Positions 61,850 through 64,000 of a DNA stretch of 64,000 bases are shown piece by piece. Location of the stretch: NCBI RefSeq assembly GCF_000143415.4, contig NW_003314261.1, forward strand, positions 4,270,880 through 4,334,879, written 5' to 3'. Source of the stretch: Selaginella moellendorffii. Taxonomy: Eukaryota; Plantae; Lycopodiophyta. Under the pieces are notes generated by a model. That model had not been told where the DNA came from and did not search any database. It saw only the letters and a program-made list of their open reading frames with translations. A program made the position numbers and the translations under genes. How positions within the stretch are numbered: position 1 is the stretch's first letter; each line of letters opens with the position of its first letter.

Positions 61850-63600
61850 CACCTTAAAATATTGCTCTTTACCTTGCTTGTGGTACTCTCCTCTTTTACC
61901 TTGCCCCTAGTACTCTTGCTGCTTATAGAGACTTCTAAAAAAATCCCTATGCACCATCTATTGGACGAGCTCCTCACCAAGATTTTGAAAACCATTATGA
62001 AGCACAAGAATCTTGACAAGTTTCCCAGCAGCCTTGGCCTTAGAAATTCCCTCTTCAGCTGGTAGAAGAAACATCTGCAGAGGCTTGTTCTTGTATACTG
62101 TAGCTCTTGCCTTCACAATTGCTGATAGACTATTGCAGAAAATCTGATGCACCACTATCAGAGTCTTGATTTAGAACCTATGTGGCTATAATCATTAGGC
62201 TTGTTCTTCCACTGCACACCCTATCAATGGGATTGCCAAGCTGAAATATTTACCCATACCAAGCCATGACTTCCTCCCATGTCTCTATGTGATCCTTGTT
62301 TTTCTTCTCCATCAAAAGACATACACAGAGCATTTATTTTATCCTCCCCCTCTACTTTGTTGTTTTGTGCTGCACATTCAAAAGCTGGAGATAAATGTTA
62401 AAATCTTCACCAAGCTTGTAGGTTAGGTATTTCACATGGAAGATCTTTTGATTAGGCTACCCAAGTGTGCAACTTAACAGACATTAGCACCTCCCTAATC
62501 TTGTCACCATCCCATCCCTAGCGAGCCAGTATTCCACCATCCCCAAAGCATAATTCCACACTTGCTAGATCCAAAGAGCCTACTGCTGTTGTGAGCATGC
62601 TTTTCCATGCAAATTGTCACCTCCATGTCTACACCAGTGCATGGTCTCTCAAGCTTTGCAGTCTCAAAATAGATTCTGGGAACTTTGAAAGTGTCGTTAC
62701 GTAACAGCACCTTGTTCTCTTGGTGAAGGAACTGCCTCACAAAATCTGCTGGCACCTTCCCATCTAGTTCTTGAGCTGCCCCAAAAGCAGCCAGCTTCTC
62801 AAACCCCAGACCGATCTTTGAGTGATCACCTTGTCCTTTGCTGATAAGCATGTCTTGACAGGAGTCTGAGTCAGTCATAAAATAGTGATAGAGCACTTTG
62901 AGTACAGCAGGTTCCTCAAGCCTTATCCAGTGTTCTGAGAAGAAGTCATCAATGTTCTTGAGTTCCAATTGGCTTTTATTCGTCAACCAGGCTAAACCAT
63001 ATTCCACCAACTGAAGCGATGGGTCCTTGATCTTGATGAGAGTCGAAGAAGATCCAAACATTTGGTGGTAAAGTATCACCTTGAATTCTTGCATGGCAGC
63101 AAGATCGCTAGGAACAACAGATCCTACTTAGGAACAGAGGACCTCTCCTTGCCATTGGAAGTTGCCATGTGATCATGGTGTAGAGCCTATGCATCCACAA
63201 AGACAACAGGGTGTCAATAAGTTTGAAATCAAGTGTCAAAAATACATCCCAACCATGTATACAATGTTTGACTTCATAAAGACGCAAATTGCCACAACTC
63301 AACATGAAATTCAGCAGATTCTGCTAGTAAAAGTTACCAGAATTTGACTGGAACTTGTGACACTCCACATCACATTACCATGTATAGAAGTCACCACCTC
63401 ATGAACTGTGACACTCCATGTCACTCAAGAAGCCACTACAGCTAGCAAATTCAATCAGTGCCTTTCATCTCTACCAAACTTCAGGTGTGTGCCCAAGCAG
63501 GGCTTATGGATACATTTCAACAAGAAATGACTTACGGCGTCTCAGATGAGCTCCAAAACCACACCCTGCCACCTGACACTTCTTGCTCTCCATGTTAAAC
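61850..63600 (-). pseudogene. Decayed coding region, possibly Crinkler-like (NTPase/restriction-endonuclease-fold) family
   Basis: 196-aa ORF 62504-63094 with QLVEYGLA..IRLEEPAV..GLGFEKL; neighbouring frames are broken by stops and frameshifts. The family call is tentative. Confidence 0.35.
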
Positions 63601-63724
63601 TATGAAGAATATTCGCAAAGCCTAAATAAAGGTGTGGTAAACGCTACCCAGGGCTAGGGCTTCTTCATTCCAGGTAAGAAAGAGCAATGTAGGGTCGCGC
63701 TAGCTAGGGAAGATCAAGGTCACC

Positions 63725-64000
63725 ATGGATCTCTTACCGCCGCTGCTAAGATTGTGGCCGCCGCCGCTCCTACTGCCACTGCTCCTCGTTCTTGTGGGTT
63801 TCATCCACTGCCAGACCGACTTGGAGTGCCTCAGCGAGTTCCGCCTCTCGGTCATCGATCAATCGGGCTACCTGAGCTCCTGGTCTGCCAACAGCAGCTC
63901 CAGCAGCTCCATTTGCAACGCTGTGGGCGTCCAGTGCCTCCACCCATCCGAGGCCAAGATCTATTCCCTATCCCTCCGCGCCGCCGGCCTCTCGGGCTCC
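63725..64000 (+). CDS. LRR receptor-like kinase N-terminus (BIR/LRR-X-like), runs off the window
   Basis: Manual translation: signal peptide MDLLPPLLRLWPPPLLLPLLLVLVGFIHC, LRR N-cap QTDLECLSEF..D..GYLSSW..ICNAVGVQCLHPSEAKIYSLSLRAAGLSGS; high GC3. Confidence 0.88.
   Translation, partial: MDLLPPLLRLWPPPLLLPLLLVLVGFIHCQTDLECLSEFRLSVIDQSGYLSSWSANSSSSSSICNAVGVQCLHPSEAKIYSLSLRAAGLSGS

Overview
Eukaryotic (land-plant-type) DNA that is almost entirely a nest of transposable elements, with one host gene (the start of a BIR-like LRR receptor kinase) at the far right. Very short GT-AG introns (about 47-57 nt), TTTAGGG repeats, a TTL fragment and a Tcn1-type chromovirus suggest a non-seed plant such as a Selaginella-like lycophyte (inference). 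Nesting order: Ty3/gypsy family C (1-3642) is interrupted by non-coding LTR element A (3643-45355). A contains a young self-priming chromovirus (8612-26089, TSD GATTG) and a small LTR-like element carrying an intronless OHCU-decarboxylase::gag chimera (27463-44680). Each of those two is in turn hit by one copy of the same 12-15 kb TIR DNA transposon (11540-23940, TSD ATCC; 29739-44524, TSD TAAA). This Sola1-like transposon is the best candidate for an undescribed system. Opposite its DDD transposase it carries a multi-exon gene predicted to fuse a ParB/Srx-like domain, a degenerate beta-class amino-methyltransferase fold, an acidic linker and an FCP1/NIF-type HAD phosphatase. The element is also studded with more than 20 copies of a 22-bp palindrome (ATGGCRTGWGGCCWCAYGCCAT), many inside that gene's introns. 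Second highlight: both copies of gypsy family C carry two short spliceosomal-type introns inside conserved integrase motifs. The right part (45-61 kb) is older LTR debris with evidence of an LTR-mediated inversion. All domain calls are by-eye motif recognition, not database searches.
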